A stretch of 24,000 nt of DNA from Actinospica sp. (lineage in GTDB: Bacteria; Actinomycetota; Actinomycetes; Streptomycetales; Catenulisporaceae), in the NCBI GenBank assembly GCA_035493475.1, contig DATJIF010000029.1, positions 102,163-126,162 on the forward strand. The letters are read 5' to 3'. The position numbers and the translations under genes were made by a program. Position 1 is the stretch's first letter. Each line of letters begins with the position of its first letter. The notes beneath the pieces were generated by a model that was given only the letters and a program-made list of their open reading frames with translations, was not told where the DNA came from and did no database searches. This document shows, piece after piece, positions 14,000 through 22,182 of this stretch.

Positions 14000-16174
14000 A
14001 TGGACACGCTTGAGGCGGCGAACGCGACGACTCGACAGGAGATGGATGCGCCCGATCCACTCGACCACACCTTGGCGGTGGAGCGGAAACTTGAGCGGCT
14101 TGGGACCTCCATCCCCTCCACGTCGCCGGGCATCGAGGCGACTGCGCACGTGGAGAAGAACGACGGAGTCATCAATCTCTTGAACGTTGTGTTGACCGAG
14201 GCGCTGAAACTCTCGCACCTGGGTCCGGCCTACCTCGACGAGGTCCACGAGACATTTGCCGAGCCCGGTGAGAGCTTCGACCAGGCCTACAACACCCTGT
14301 GCGGCGAGCAGCGATTCGTCGTCCTGAAGCTGCGGCCGGACAGCGGGACGAAGACTGCGGCCATCGCCATGATCAGACGACTCGTGCTGGAGATGCATGT
14401 CGAGTCGAAGTATCTCCTCCCGCACGGCCCGACCGGCCTTCCCACGGCTGCGCTGGCCACTGAGAGGTGCCATGCCTTTCTCATGGATCTGTCCAAGGCG
14501 GAAGAGAGCCGACTCACCAGCGGGTTCGGGAGGGACCTCAAGGCCGCGTCGGCAATCCTGGCCGATGCGAACTCGTACCTGATCGTGCTGGCCGAGGCCG
14601 AGCAGTGGGCCCGGATCAGTGACGGCGTAGAGAGAGGTGTGCTGCATGAATTGCAGGCGCCCGGTCCGGAATCGGTGGCCCGGAAGTGGGTGGCCGCGAA
14701 AGCGCCGGGATGCGACGTCATGAAGTGGTTCGGCGATCGGCGGATCGCGGGACTCTTGCAGGACCAGAGCCCGCGCGAGGCGGTTGAGATCGCGAAGCTG
14801 ATCTGTGCCGCGCTCTCTCCCGAGATCCAGCCCGAGCGCACCGCAACCGCTGTGAAATCGGACTCTTCGGCCGCGGACACAGATTTTCAAGTGCGGGTCG
14901 CCAGCGTTGTGGACGCTCGAAGGCAGTGGCGCCCACAACTCCTGGACTGGCACAGGGAACCGAAACGGACGGCTTTCGAACGCAACTTCCTGCTCGTTGC
15001 CGCCGTGTTACGCGAGTTCCCGGTCGGAGCCGTTTTCAAGGAAGCGAAGTACCTGAGCGAGCAGTTCAAGGACGTGGGCGAGCGTATGAAGGGTCAGAGC
15101 GGTCCGGGTGTCATTGAACTGCTGCACACGATCGGCGCGCCCACCGACCCCGGCGGCAAGGTCCGCTTCTCACGCCCGCGATGGGCCGAGGCCGTCGTCG
15201 ACTACTACTGGAGTGACCGGCCCGACGGCCACGACGCCTTCATCAGCTGGCTGATTCGACTGCCGTTGAGCCGTACGTTCCAGGACGACGAGCGTGCCAC
15301 CGTGGCCAATCGCGTCCTTGAGGTCATGTTCGGTCTGATCATGACGAAAGCCCGGGTCAACGAGCTTGAACACGTCATCGACCAGTGGAGCGCCCAGCCG
15401 AACACGGAGACTGCGGCTTGGGACTTCCTCGACGCCGCCGCGCTGCACCACACATTGGGCCGTCAGGTCGCTCAGCTCATGCTCCGCTGGACGGGTACGG
15501 CTCATGTCCGTCGGCGCAAAGCAGTCGCGGCGGTATGCGGCCGCCAATTCGGACGAACCAATACAGGGAAGGCGCTCGTGCGGCTCCGCCGCCTTGTCGC
15601 CGACGAAGAGCCCGAGGTCGCCGCAGTGGCCGAACGGGCCTTGGTCGCGCTGTGGGAGCAGCCGGACGTCGGCCGCGAGCTTCTCGAACACCTCGTCGAG
15701 TGGCAGAAGACTGATGTCGCGGACCGTGTCGTGGCTGCCCGGAACATCTTCGGCAAGATCGCCGCGCTCCGCTCGCGGACCGACCCGACTCGCCCAGACC
15801 TACTGGTCTGGGCAGTGGCGAACGACGAGAATCTGAGCCTGGTGGCCGAGGGATGGCGCTGTCTGCTGGAAGGTGGCATCGAGTGTGATCCGCTGGTCGA
15901 CGCGTTGCGCCCATGGCTCGCGATGGCACGGGACGAAGCGGACGTCGAAGCCGACGTGATGTCCGTGTTCGAACGGGCCATCTCAGGACGACGGCGGGCA
16001 GCGGAAAGGCTGGAAAGGGCCGCCCAAGACTGGCGTTGGTCCACCGGTGACGTGGACCAGAGCCCGGCCGGCCGCCTCGTTCGCCGGCTCAGCGGACTCA
16101 CGGCGCAAGAACCGGTCACGACCATGTTCGCGGCGACGTTCGACGTTTCCAGTGAGCAAGGATATGGGGCGTGA
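14000..16174 (+). CDS. STAND/NLR-like protein with N-terminal repeat motif, degenerate P-loop and HEAT/ARM-like C-terminal region
   Basis: The ATG at 14000 is preceded by GAGGGAGAA. 724 aa. The N-terminal motif is IEATAHVEKNDGVINLL (aa 45-61, nt 14132-14182). The strand-plus-P-loop-like segment RFVVLKLRPDSGTKTAAIAMI (nt 14330-14356 covers LRPDSGTKT) keeps Lys-Thr but lacks both canonical glycines. A Walker-B-like HAFLMDLS follows. The C-terminal half is a helical repeat (EEPEVAAVAERALVALWEQPDVGRELLEHLVEW). Confidence 0.8.
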   Translation: MDTLEAANATTRQEMDAPDPLDHTLAVERKLERLGTSIPSTSPGIEATAHVEKNDGVINLLNVVLTEALKLSHLGPAYLDEVHETFAEPGESFDQAYNTLCGEQRFVVLKLRPDSGTKTAAIAMIRRLVLEMHVESKYLLPHGPTGLPTAALATERCHAFLMDLSKAEESRLTSGFGRDLKAASAILADANSYLIVLAEAEQWARISDGVERGVLHELQAPGPESVARKWVAAKAPGCDVMKWFGDRRIAGLLQDQSPREAVEIAKLICAALSPEIQPERTATAVKSDSSAADTDFQVRVASVVDARRQWRPQLLDWHREPKRTAFERNFLLVAAVLREFPVGAVFKEAKYLSEQFKDVGERMKGQSGPGVIELLHTIGAPTDPGGKVRFSRPRWAEAVVDYYWSDRPDGHDAFISWLIRLPLSRTFQDDERATVANRVLEVMFGLIMTKARVNELEHVIDQWSAQPNTETAAWDFLDAAALHHTLGRQVAQLMLRWTGTAHVRRRKAVAAVCGRQFGRTNTGKALVRLRRLVADEEPEVAAVAERALVALWEQPDVGRELLEHLVEWQKTDVADRVVAARNIFGKIAALRSRTDPTRPDLLVWAVANDENLSLVAEGWRCLLEGGIECDPLVDALRPWLAMARDEADVEADVMSVFERAISGRRRAAERLERAAQDWRWSTGDVDQSPAGRLVRRLSGLTAQEPVTTMFAATFDVSSEQGYGA

Positions 16175-16920
16175 AACGGTGGTGGAGGAGCGGTTCGGGC
16201 AACCTGGCGTGGCTCGAACCGTTCAGCGACCGCGTGCCCGGCGCGGATGGCTTTGGCTTCGACGTCGAATACCACATCGAAATACTCGCCGCCGACGCGG
16301 ATGCCTTGTCGACGCAGTATGACCCGTGTATAGCTGCCGTCCGCACGCTGGTTGAGCCGGCCTTGGCCCAGTGTGACGTCCTGCGTTCCGCAGTTGCACA
16401 ACAGAGTGTGAATTTACAGATATCGAGATCAATGTCGAAGCGCGAACTGGGTGCCGTCATCCGGCAATGCCAGGTGTCCGTTCGGGTTGGGCGCGAGACC
16501 GCCGAATCGGCCAGACGGCACGCCAAGGCGCTCATGGATGCGAAGGCCCATGAGGTGGGCCGAGACGCGGTACGTGCGCAGATGCGATTCCTTGAGACGG
16601 AAGTGCTGCGCAACCCGGCGACACTTCGGGTCTACATCTTGGCGACCGAGATCATGCAGGACAAGTCTGTCTCCGCCAAGGGCGTCGACGAGCTGGAGTC
16701 CCTGGCCAGACTGGTTTATGAGTGGTCGCCCGAGGCCACGTGGGTGGAGACCGCGAAGATCCTGAACGCCCACCTCGGTAGCCTCCCTTGCCACGAAGTC
16801 TCGGCCCTGCTCTCGACGCTCCGGAAAAGCATCCAAGAGCACGACAATCCGGCCCTGGTCGATCGGTTCGACCGGATCCACCATGGGCAGCAGGCCGACA
16901 GCCTCGTGAAGGGGACGTGA
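16171..16920 (+). CDS. hypothetical protein (helical/coiled-coil-looking), translationally coupled
   Basis: The GTG at 16171 overlaps the upstream TGA (GTGA), with AAGGA 8 nt upstream. 249 aa. No recognisable domain. The central region ETAESARRHAKALMDAKAHEVGRDAVRAQMRFLETEVL looks coiled-coil. Confidence 0.7.
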   Translation: MKRWWRSGSGNLAWLEPFSDRVPGADGFGFDVEYHIEILAADADALSTQYDPCIAAVRTLVEPALAQCDVLRSAVAQQSVNLQISRSMSKRELGAVIRQCQVSVRVGRETAESARRHAKALMDAKAHEVGRDAVRAQMRFLETEVLRNPATLRVYILATEIMQDKSVSAKGVDELESLARLVYEWSPEATWVETAKILNAHLGSLPCHEVSALLSTLRKSIQEHDNPALVDRFDRIHHGQQADSLVKGT

Positions 16921-17393
16921 CGGTGTTTCGGCTGATGACCATCGTGTCCGTGGGACACGGCAGAACCAGAAAGCCATCGATGTGGAGGGGGCACGGCAGG
17001 CGGCTAGACAGGGCGCTCGGGATTTCGACGCTGACCCTTCATTGTCACGAAGACAGCTGGGGGGAAATACAGCGCCTGATGGAGCGCGTCGCGATCTGGA
17101 ATGCCTCCCAGGCCGTCACCTACCATTCGAAGCCACACGTTGAGGTGCGGTTGCCCGGCCCGAAGGTTGCCGCTGCACTGCACGAGATGCGGGTCAACGC
17201 CTTCGTCGGAAACGCCTACGACCGAGCCTTCGTCCGGTGCGCCTACACTGCGCTGGCATTGGTCGTCGACCAGTTCGACCCGTTGAACCCGGGTAAGCCC
17301 CTGCCGCCGGTCGTCTTCGACTGGTTTACTTACGGCGTCGGCGGCCAACTGCCGTGGTCCGGCCGCTACGACCGCAGCACTGATCGAGAATGA
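16917..17393 (+). CDS. hypothetical protein, translationally coupled
   Basis: The GTG at 16917 overlaps the upstream TGA (GTGA). Alternative in-frame starts are GTG 16923, with the best spacing to GAAGGGGA at 16908-16915, and ATG 16935. About 152-158 aa. No recognisable domain. The ORF-track start at 16788 overlaps the previous gene and is unlikely. Confidence 0.6.
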   Translation: MTVFRLMTIVSVGHGRTRKPSMWRGHGRRLDRALGISTLTLHCHEDSWGEIQRLMERVAIWNASQAVTYHSKPHVEVRLPGPKVAAALHEMRVNAFVGNAYDRAFVRCAYTALALVVDQFDPLNPGKPLPPVVFDWFTYGVGGQLPWSGRYDRSTDRE

Positions 17394-17505
17394 GGGAAGT
17401 GACGCTGTGATGCACCTCGGGGTCATGGAGAAACGCTGAGTTGTTCGCGGATGCGGCGACGGCTTCGGTCAGTTCCGGTGGAGGGTACTCAGGGCGTTGC
17501 GTGGA

Positions 17506-18225
17506 TCAATCCGAATCGAGGATCTTCTCCCGCACGGCGTACATGACCGCCTCCATCCGGGAGTGCAGTTGGAGCTTCTCCAGGATGTTGCGGACGTGGT
17601 TCTTGACCGTGTTCTCGCTGATGAACAGGGTCTTGGCGATCTTGCTGTTGTTCGCGCCGGTGGCGATCAGCTTGAGCACCTCGAGCTCGCGGTCGGTCAG
17701 CTTCGGCGCGGGCGGGCCGGGGTTCTTGCGGTCCTCGCCATGCCGGACCATGGTGGCGAACTCGGTCAGCAGCTTCGCCGCCATCGGCGGGGAGATCAGC
17801 GACTGCCCGCCGACCACCGCCCGGATCGAGTCGGCGATCTCGTGCGGCAGCACATCCTTGAGCAGGTAGCCGCTCGCACCCGCCTTGATCGCCTCGTACA
17901 GGTCCTCTTCGTCCTCGCTCATGGTGAGCATCACCACGCGGGCGCTCGGCGCGAGGTCCTTGATCGCGGCAGCGGCCTCGATCCCGCCGCCGATCCCGCC
18001 GCGCGCCGGCATCTTCACGTCCAGCAGCACCAGATCCGGCAGCAGCTCCCCGGCCTTGGCCAACGCCTCCCCGCCGTCCCCCGCCTCGCCGACCACCTCG
18101 ATGTCCGGCTCGGTCTCCAGCACGGTACGCAGACTCAGGCGCATCAGGGCGTGGTCGTCGACGAGCAGAACCCTGATCGGCTCGCCGCGCTGCGCCGTCG
18201 CCGGCCCGGGCCGAGTCTCGGCCAT
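17506..18225 (-). CDS. NarL/LuxR-family two-component response regulator
   Basis: The ATG at 18225 is preceded by GAGGGAGGGG. 239 aa. The receiver domain has IRVLLVDDHALMR...DLVLLDVKMP. The C-terminal LuxR HTH has LTDRELEVLKLIATGANNSKIAKTLFISENTVKNHVRNILEKL. Confidence 0.9.
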   Translation of the reverse strand: MAETRPGPATAQRGEPIRVLLVDDHALMRLSLRTVLETEPDIEVVGEAGDGGEALAKAGELLPDLVLLDVKMPARGGIGGGIEAAAAIKDLAPSARVVMLTMSEDEEDLYEAIKAGASGYLLKDVLPHEIADSIRAVVGGQSLISPPMAAKLLTEFATMVRHGEDRKNPGPPAPKLTDRELEVLKLIATGANNSKIAKTLFISENTVKNHVRNILEKLQLHSRMEAVMYAVREKILDSD

Positions 18226-18414
18226 GTAGCCCCTCCCTCGGGTCTCGCCGCGCTGGACCGCCGTCGCGGCGTGCCCGGGCGAGAGTCGACCGGGCACGCT
18301 CGGTAGTCGGACCATCATCGTATGGGGTCGATGACTCCTGATAATAGTCCTCCGCGCGACGTGCATTTGCACGCTTGCACGCGCTGCGCCGCAGAAGCGG
18401 GCACCCCGGCCCGG

Positions 18415-19131
18415 TCAGGCGGCGGCGCGGCCGCCGAACTGCTCGTCGTACTCGGAGAAGGTGGCCGCGTCGTCCAGCCTGATGACGCCGTAGTCGTAGC
18501 CGCGCCGGCGGTAGACGACCGAGGGCATCTTCGTCTCGATGTCGACGAACAGGAAGAAGTCGTGCCCGACGAGCTCCATCTCGTAGAGCGCCTGGTCGAG
18601 CGCCATCGGCCGGGCCGCGTGCGTCTTCTCCCGCACCACCAGCGGTCCGTCGCCCTCCACCTCGATGCTGCACACCATGTGCCGCTTCTCGCCGTTCGCG
18701 TGGGCGGCCGGCTTCGCCGCGACGGGCGCCTCGGCCGCCTCGGCCGGATGCGGCAGGTAGTCGGCGGCCTCGAGCTCGGCCAGGTCGGAGGTGGCGACGG
18801 CGACGGAGACCGGGCTGCGGCGGCCGTGGTGCACACGCCGGCGGTCGGCGGCCCTGCGCATGCGGGCCTCGAGCTTGTTGACGGCCAGGTCGAGCGCGGA
18901 GTAGGCGTCCTGGGCGCAGGCCTCGGCGCGGATGACCGGTCCGCGGGTGCGCATCGTGAGCTCCACCCGGTCGCGGCGCTCGGACTGGCGGGGGTTGCGC
19001 TCCTTCGAGAGTTCCACATCGAGGCTGATGACCTTCTGGTCGTAGCGCTCGATCCGGCTGAGCTTGTCCACCACGTGCTGGCGGAACCTGTCGGTCACCT
19101 CAGCTTTGCGACCCTTCACGACGATCTCCAC
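18415..19131 (-). CDS. hpf: ribosome hibernation promoting factor (long HPF / RaiA family)
   Basis: GTG start at 19131. 238 aa. The N-terminal S30AE domain has MEIVVKGRKAEVTDRFRQHVVDKLSRIERY...AYSALDLAVNKLEARMRR. After a linker, the C-terminal dimerisation domain has VVREKTHAARPMALDQALYEMELVGHDFFLFVD...VVYRRRGYDYGVIRL. Confidence 0.93.
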   Translation of the reverse strand: MEIVVKGRKAEVTDRFRQHVVDKLSRIERYDQKVISLDVELSKERNPRQSERRDRVELTMRTRGPVIRAEACAQDAYSALDLAVNKLEARMRRAADRRRVHHGRRSPVSVAVATSDLAELEAADYLPHPAEAAEAPVAAKPAAHANGEKRHMVCSIEVEGDGPLVVREKTHAARPMALDQALYEMELVGHDFFLFVDIETKMPSVVYRRRGYDYGVIRLDDAATFSEYDEQFGGRAAA

Positions 19132-19441
19132 GGGTGCATCCCTCTCGCTTGTTCCGTCAGGGGTGTCTGACCATACGCCCGAACAGTTCGCATTTATAGG
19201 GAAAGTTGGGGATAGAAGCCTCTCGTTTACGGCGAAAACGGTCCGGGTAAGACGGCTGGCCGCCGCCTAGGCAGTCCCTGGTTGCCTCGTATGAGGAAGG
19301 TAATCCCGGAAGCGCCCATACGGTAGACCTGAGTGTCCCCCGCTCCTCCATGCGGGTGAAGAACAAGTGGACCGCGGCTCGCGGCGAGGGGCCGGACCTG
19401 CGCGAAGGCCCGCTGGCGGGCCGAGACGCCGCAACCGCCTC

Positions 19442-20146
19442 TCAGCGCAAGCGGGCGGCGGCGAGCACGGCGGCGCCGACGGGGGCGTTGCCGGCCGCAC
19501 GCAGCGCGCGGGCCGCCTCGGCGAGCGTGGCTCCGCTGGTCACCACGTCGTCCACCAGCACGACGGGACGCTCGCCGAGCAGGCGGGCGCTCGAGGCACG
19601 CACGGCCAGAGCGCCGGCCAGGTTCTCCGCGCGGGCCCGGCGGCCGAGCCCGGCCTGATCGGACACCCTGCGGCGATGGGTCAGGGCGGGCAGCACGGCC
19701 GCCGCACGCCCGCTCGTGCGCAGCCGCGCCGCGGCGACCCGGGCCATCCGCAGCATCGGGTCCTGGCCGCGGCCCACGGTCGCGGCACGGGTCGAGGGCA
19801 CTGGCACCAGCCAGAGCGGGTCGGCGCCCGCGGCGGCCGCCTCGGCGGCCCGCGCGAGCTCCAGCCCGAGCGGCCGGGCGAGGTCGAGCCGGCCGTGCTC
19901 CTTCTGCGCGATGATGATCTCGGGGACCGGGTCCAGGTACGCGGCGAGCGCGTGCACCGGAGGGGCCGGCGCGACGTCGTCGGCGACGTTCGGCAGCCGT
20001 GCGGGAACCGGCGGCCCGGACAGGCTCAGCGCGCACAGCGTGCACAGCCCGGGCAGCGCGGAGCGCGACCTCGACTCCCCGCATCCGGCGCACTCCACCG
20101 GCAGGATCAGGTCGGCCAGCAGCAGACCCCAGCTCTTGAGCCCCAT
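19442..20146 (-). CDS. ComF-family phosphoribosyltransferase-like protein
   Basis: 234 aa. The N-terminal Cys pairs are PVECAGCG...LCTLC. The C-terminal PRTase motif is VVLVDDVVTSGATLAEAARAL. Its position between hpf and lpqB matches conserved actinobacterial synteny. Confidence 0.85.
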   Translation of the reverse strand: MGLKSWGLLLADLILPVECAGCGESRSRSALPGLCTLCALSLSGPPVPARLPNVADDVAPAPPVHALAAYLDPVPEIIIAQKEHGRLDLARPLGLELARAAEAAAAGADPLWLVPVPSTRAATVGRGQDPMLRMARVAAARLRTSGRAAAVLPALTHRRRVSDQAGLGRRARAENLAGALAVRASSARLLGERPVVLVDDVVTSGATLAEAARALRAAGNAPVGAAVLAAARLR

Positions 20147-20245
20147 CTTTCGAATGATAGGTCGAGCGCTGATTGGACGTCAGTGCCCCGGCGTGAAAGA
20201 AACGTCATCATCGGGTAACCCCGTAGCCAGGCTCATTAGCCGAGC

Positions 20246-22180
20246 TCAGTAACTCGGCGAGGTGCCGAGCAGTTTGTCGCCGAGCGACTGCGCGTCCTGC
20301 CCCTCCACCGACAGCGCGTAAAGCAGGTCCTGGCCGCCGCTCGCCGCAGCCGCGATCGGCTGCCCGCCGACGTTCCACACGAAGCCGGACGCCTGGCTCG
20401 GCGGACTGGCCTGCACCGGCAGCGAGGTCAACGAGTCGTAGACGGCCGAGCCGTCCGCGTAGATCTGGTAGAGCCCGAGCGCCTGCGAGCTCGGCTGGAT
20501 CCCGAGCACCGCCAGCGTGTCCTCGTTGTACCAGTCGAACTGGACGATCGAGTTCCAGGCGTCCGCCGCGACCTCCGGAGCCGACAGGTCGACGCTGTAG
20601 CCGCCGCCCGCCTGCGGCACCGCGGCCGCCACCACGATCTCGTGCTCGCCGCGCATGCCGGTGTAGCCGACCGCGACCCGGTCCCCGTCCGGCGCCGGGG
20701 AGACCGCGTCGAGCCGGGCGCCCGCCGGCAGGCCGGTCACCGTCACCCGTTGCAGGCTGCGCTCCGCGTAGCGGTAGACCGAGGTCTCGCCGTTCAGCTT
20801 GTAGGTGAACCACAGCGCGCCGGGGTCTCCGGAATCCCAGCCGAGCTGCCCGACCGTCCCGCCGCCCTGGATCGTGGAGGTCGGGAAGACGGTGGTGAGC
20901 ACATCCCCCTCGCCCTGCCGCTGCGGGACGTACACGGTCGTCTTGTCCTGCCCGGTCAGAGCCATGGGCGGCAGGCCGCCGTCGCCCGGCTCACCCGGCT
21001 CCACCGCCACCGCGCTGAACTTGGCCTTGCTCGAGCCGAAGGCGACCGCGTGCACGGAGGCTGCGCCGGTGGAGTCGAGCTGCTCGAGCCCGCCGTCCGG
21101 GGAGATCGCGTAGAAGACCCCGTTCATGTCGGAGCGCACCGGGTTCAGGTCGTAGTCGGACAACTCCGTGTCGGGCTGCTCCGACGAGGTGGTCAGCCCG
21201 GTCGTCTCGTCGTGCACGGCGACGGTGGTCACCTTCGCACTCAGGCCGCTGAGACTCAGCGCGAGCTGCTTGGCGAGGTCCTGACACGCGTTCTGCCGCC
21301 CCGCGCCGCAGGCTCCGTTGCCCTTGATCGTGACGATCGTCCCGTCACCGGACAGGTCCACGCTCACGAAGTCCGCGCCCGTCACCGCGTCCTTCAACGC
21401 CGGGGACAGCCGGCCCGGCACCCCCGCCACCACCCGCCGTGCCATCTCGTCGGCCACCTGCTGATCGCTGTCCAGCGCCGGCAGGTACATCTCGGTGGGC
21501 ACCAACGCTTCCGGCTGCTGCGCGTTCTGGTAGTACACCACGTGCCGCGAATAGAAGGACTCGAAGTCAGAGCGCTCCATCAGCACGCCGAAACCCTGCG
21601 GCAGCTGGGAGATGCGGTAGCCGCCCTTGCCGGTCCCGGTGACCGTGAAGTTGTAGGTGGCGGCGGCGCTGTCGGCCGAGTAGAGCCCGTTGTCCAGCCG
21701 GCCGACCACGGTCCCCTGCACCTGCACGACGACCGAGTCCTGGCCCGCCTCCTCGCCCGCGTTCGAGCCGCCGCCCGGCGGGGGCTTCTGCGGCGCCTCC
21801 TGCGAGTCCGCCTCACCCAGCACCTGCGGGGTGCTCTGCGAGTAGTCGGAGAGCACGATGACCGTGTCCTGCTCGCTCTGCCACTGCGCGTGTATCGCGG
21901 GGACGAGATAGTCCGCGGCGATGGTCTCGTTCGACGGACCGCTGCGCGCCGCCTCGAGGAAACCGCTGACGATCTCGGCGGCGTTCAGGTTCGGATTCGG
22001 AGGCGCGGGCCACAGCTGCACCTTCGCGGACCCGGCGTCCTGGTCCTTCACCGGCGTGATGGGCCCGCTCACCTGCAGGCTCACGCAGCCTGACGCCAGG
22101 AACGCGACGAGCGCGGCAAGCCCGGCCATGCCTATGCCGGACAGCCGCCCGCCCCTGCCGCTCGCCCCGGGAGTCCTCAC
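20246..22180 (-). CDS. lpqB: lipoprotein LpqB
   Basis: The GTG at 22180 lies 2 nt after the mtrB stop; an alternative ATG is at 22129. The signal peptide has a lipobox (GMAGLAALVAFLASGC). About 644 aa. It lies immediately downstream of mtrB as in the conserved mtrAB-lpqB operon. The ORF-track extension to 23995 is read-through across mtrB in another frame. Confidence 0.85.
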   Translation of the reverse strand: MRTPGASGRGGRLSGIGMAGLAALVAFLASGCVSLQVSGPITPVKDQDAGSAKVQLWPAPPNPNLNAAEIVSGFLEAARSGPSNETIAADYLVPAIHAQWQSEQDTVIVLSDYSQSTPQVLGEADSQEAPQKPPPGGGSNAGEEAGQDSVVVQVQGTVVGRLDNGLYSADSAAATYNFTVTGTGKGGYRISQLPQGFGVLMERSDFESFYSRHVVYYQNAQQPEALVPTEMYLPALDSDQQVADEMARRVVAGVPGRLSPALKDAVTGADFVSVDLSGDGTIVTIKGNGACGAGRQNACQDLAKQLALSLSGLSAKVTTVAVHDETTGLTTSSEQPDTELSDYDLNPVRSDMNGVFYAISPDGGLEQLDSTGAASVHAVAFGSSKAKFSAVAVEPGEPGDGGLPPMALTGQDKTTVYVPQRQGEGDVLTTVFPTSTIQGGGTVGQLGWDSGDPGALWFTYKLNGETSVYRYAERSLQRVTVTGLPAGARLDAVSPAPDGDRVAVGYTGMRGEHEIVVAAAVPQAGGGYSVDLSAPEVAADAWNSIVQFDWYNEDTLAVLGIQPSSQALGLYQIYADGSAVYDSLTSLPVQASPPSQASGFVWNVGGQPIAAAASGGQDLLYALSVEGQDAQSLGDKLLGTSPSY

Positions 22181-22182
22181 CG

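Noticed and set aside
13238-14953. Upstream two-thirds of the 1067-aa ORF 11750..14953 on the minus strand.
   Set aside because: It is antisense to the well-supported plus-strand genes 13388..13927 and 14000..16174 and has Arg/Gly/Leu/Pro-rich composition. The genuine gene starts at the ATG at 13237, immediately before the first HTH.
17470-17520. GGATCAATCC near the island edge as a possible second copy of the tRNA T-loop (att repeat).
   Set aside because: Similarity is limited to a few bases, and the sequence is the C-terminal coding end (LDSD-stop) of the response regulator.
17489-19170. Long overlapping ORFs (394 aa minus, 269 aa plus, 234 aa minus, 282 aa plus) across the response-regulator and hpf genes.
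   Set aside because: These are Arg/Gly/Pro/Asp-rich shadow frames. The response regulator and HPF frames carry diagnostic motifs.
19227-20252. 288-aa minus, 283-aa plus and 178-aa plus ORFs overlapping the ComF-like gene.
   Set aside because: These are extreme Arg/Ala/Gly/Pro low-complexity sequences. The ComF frame has the Cys pairs and the PRTase motif.
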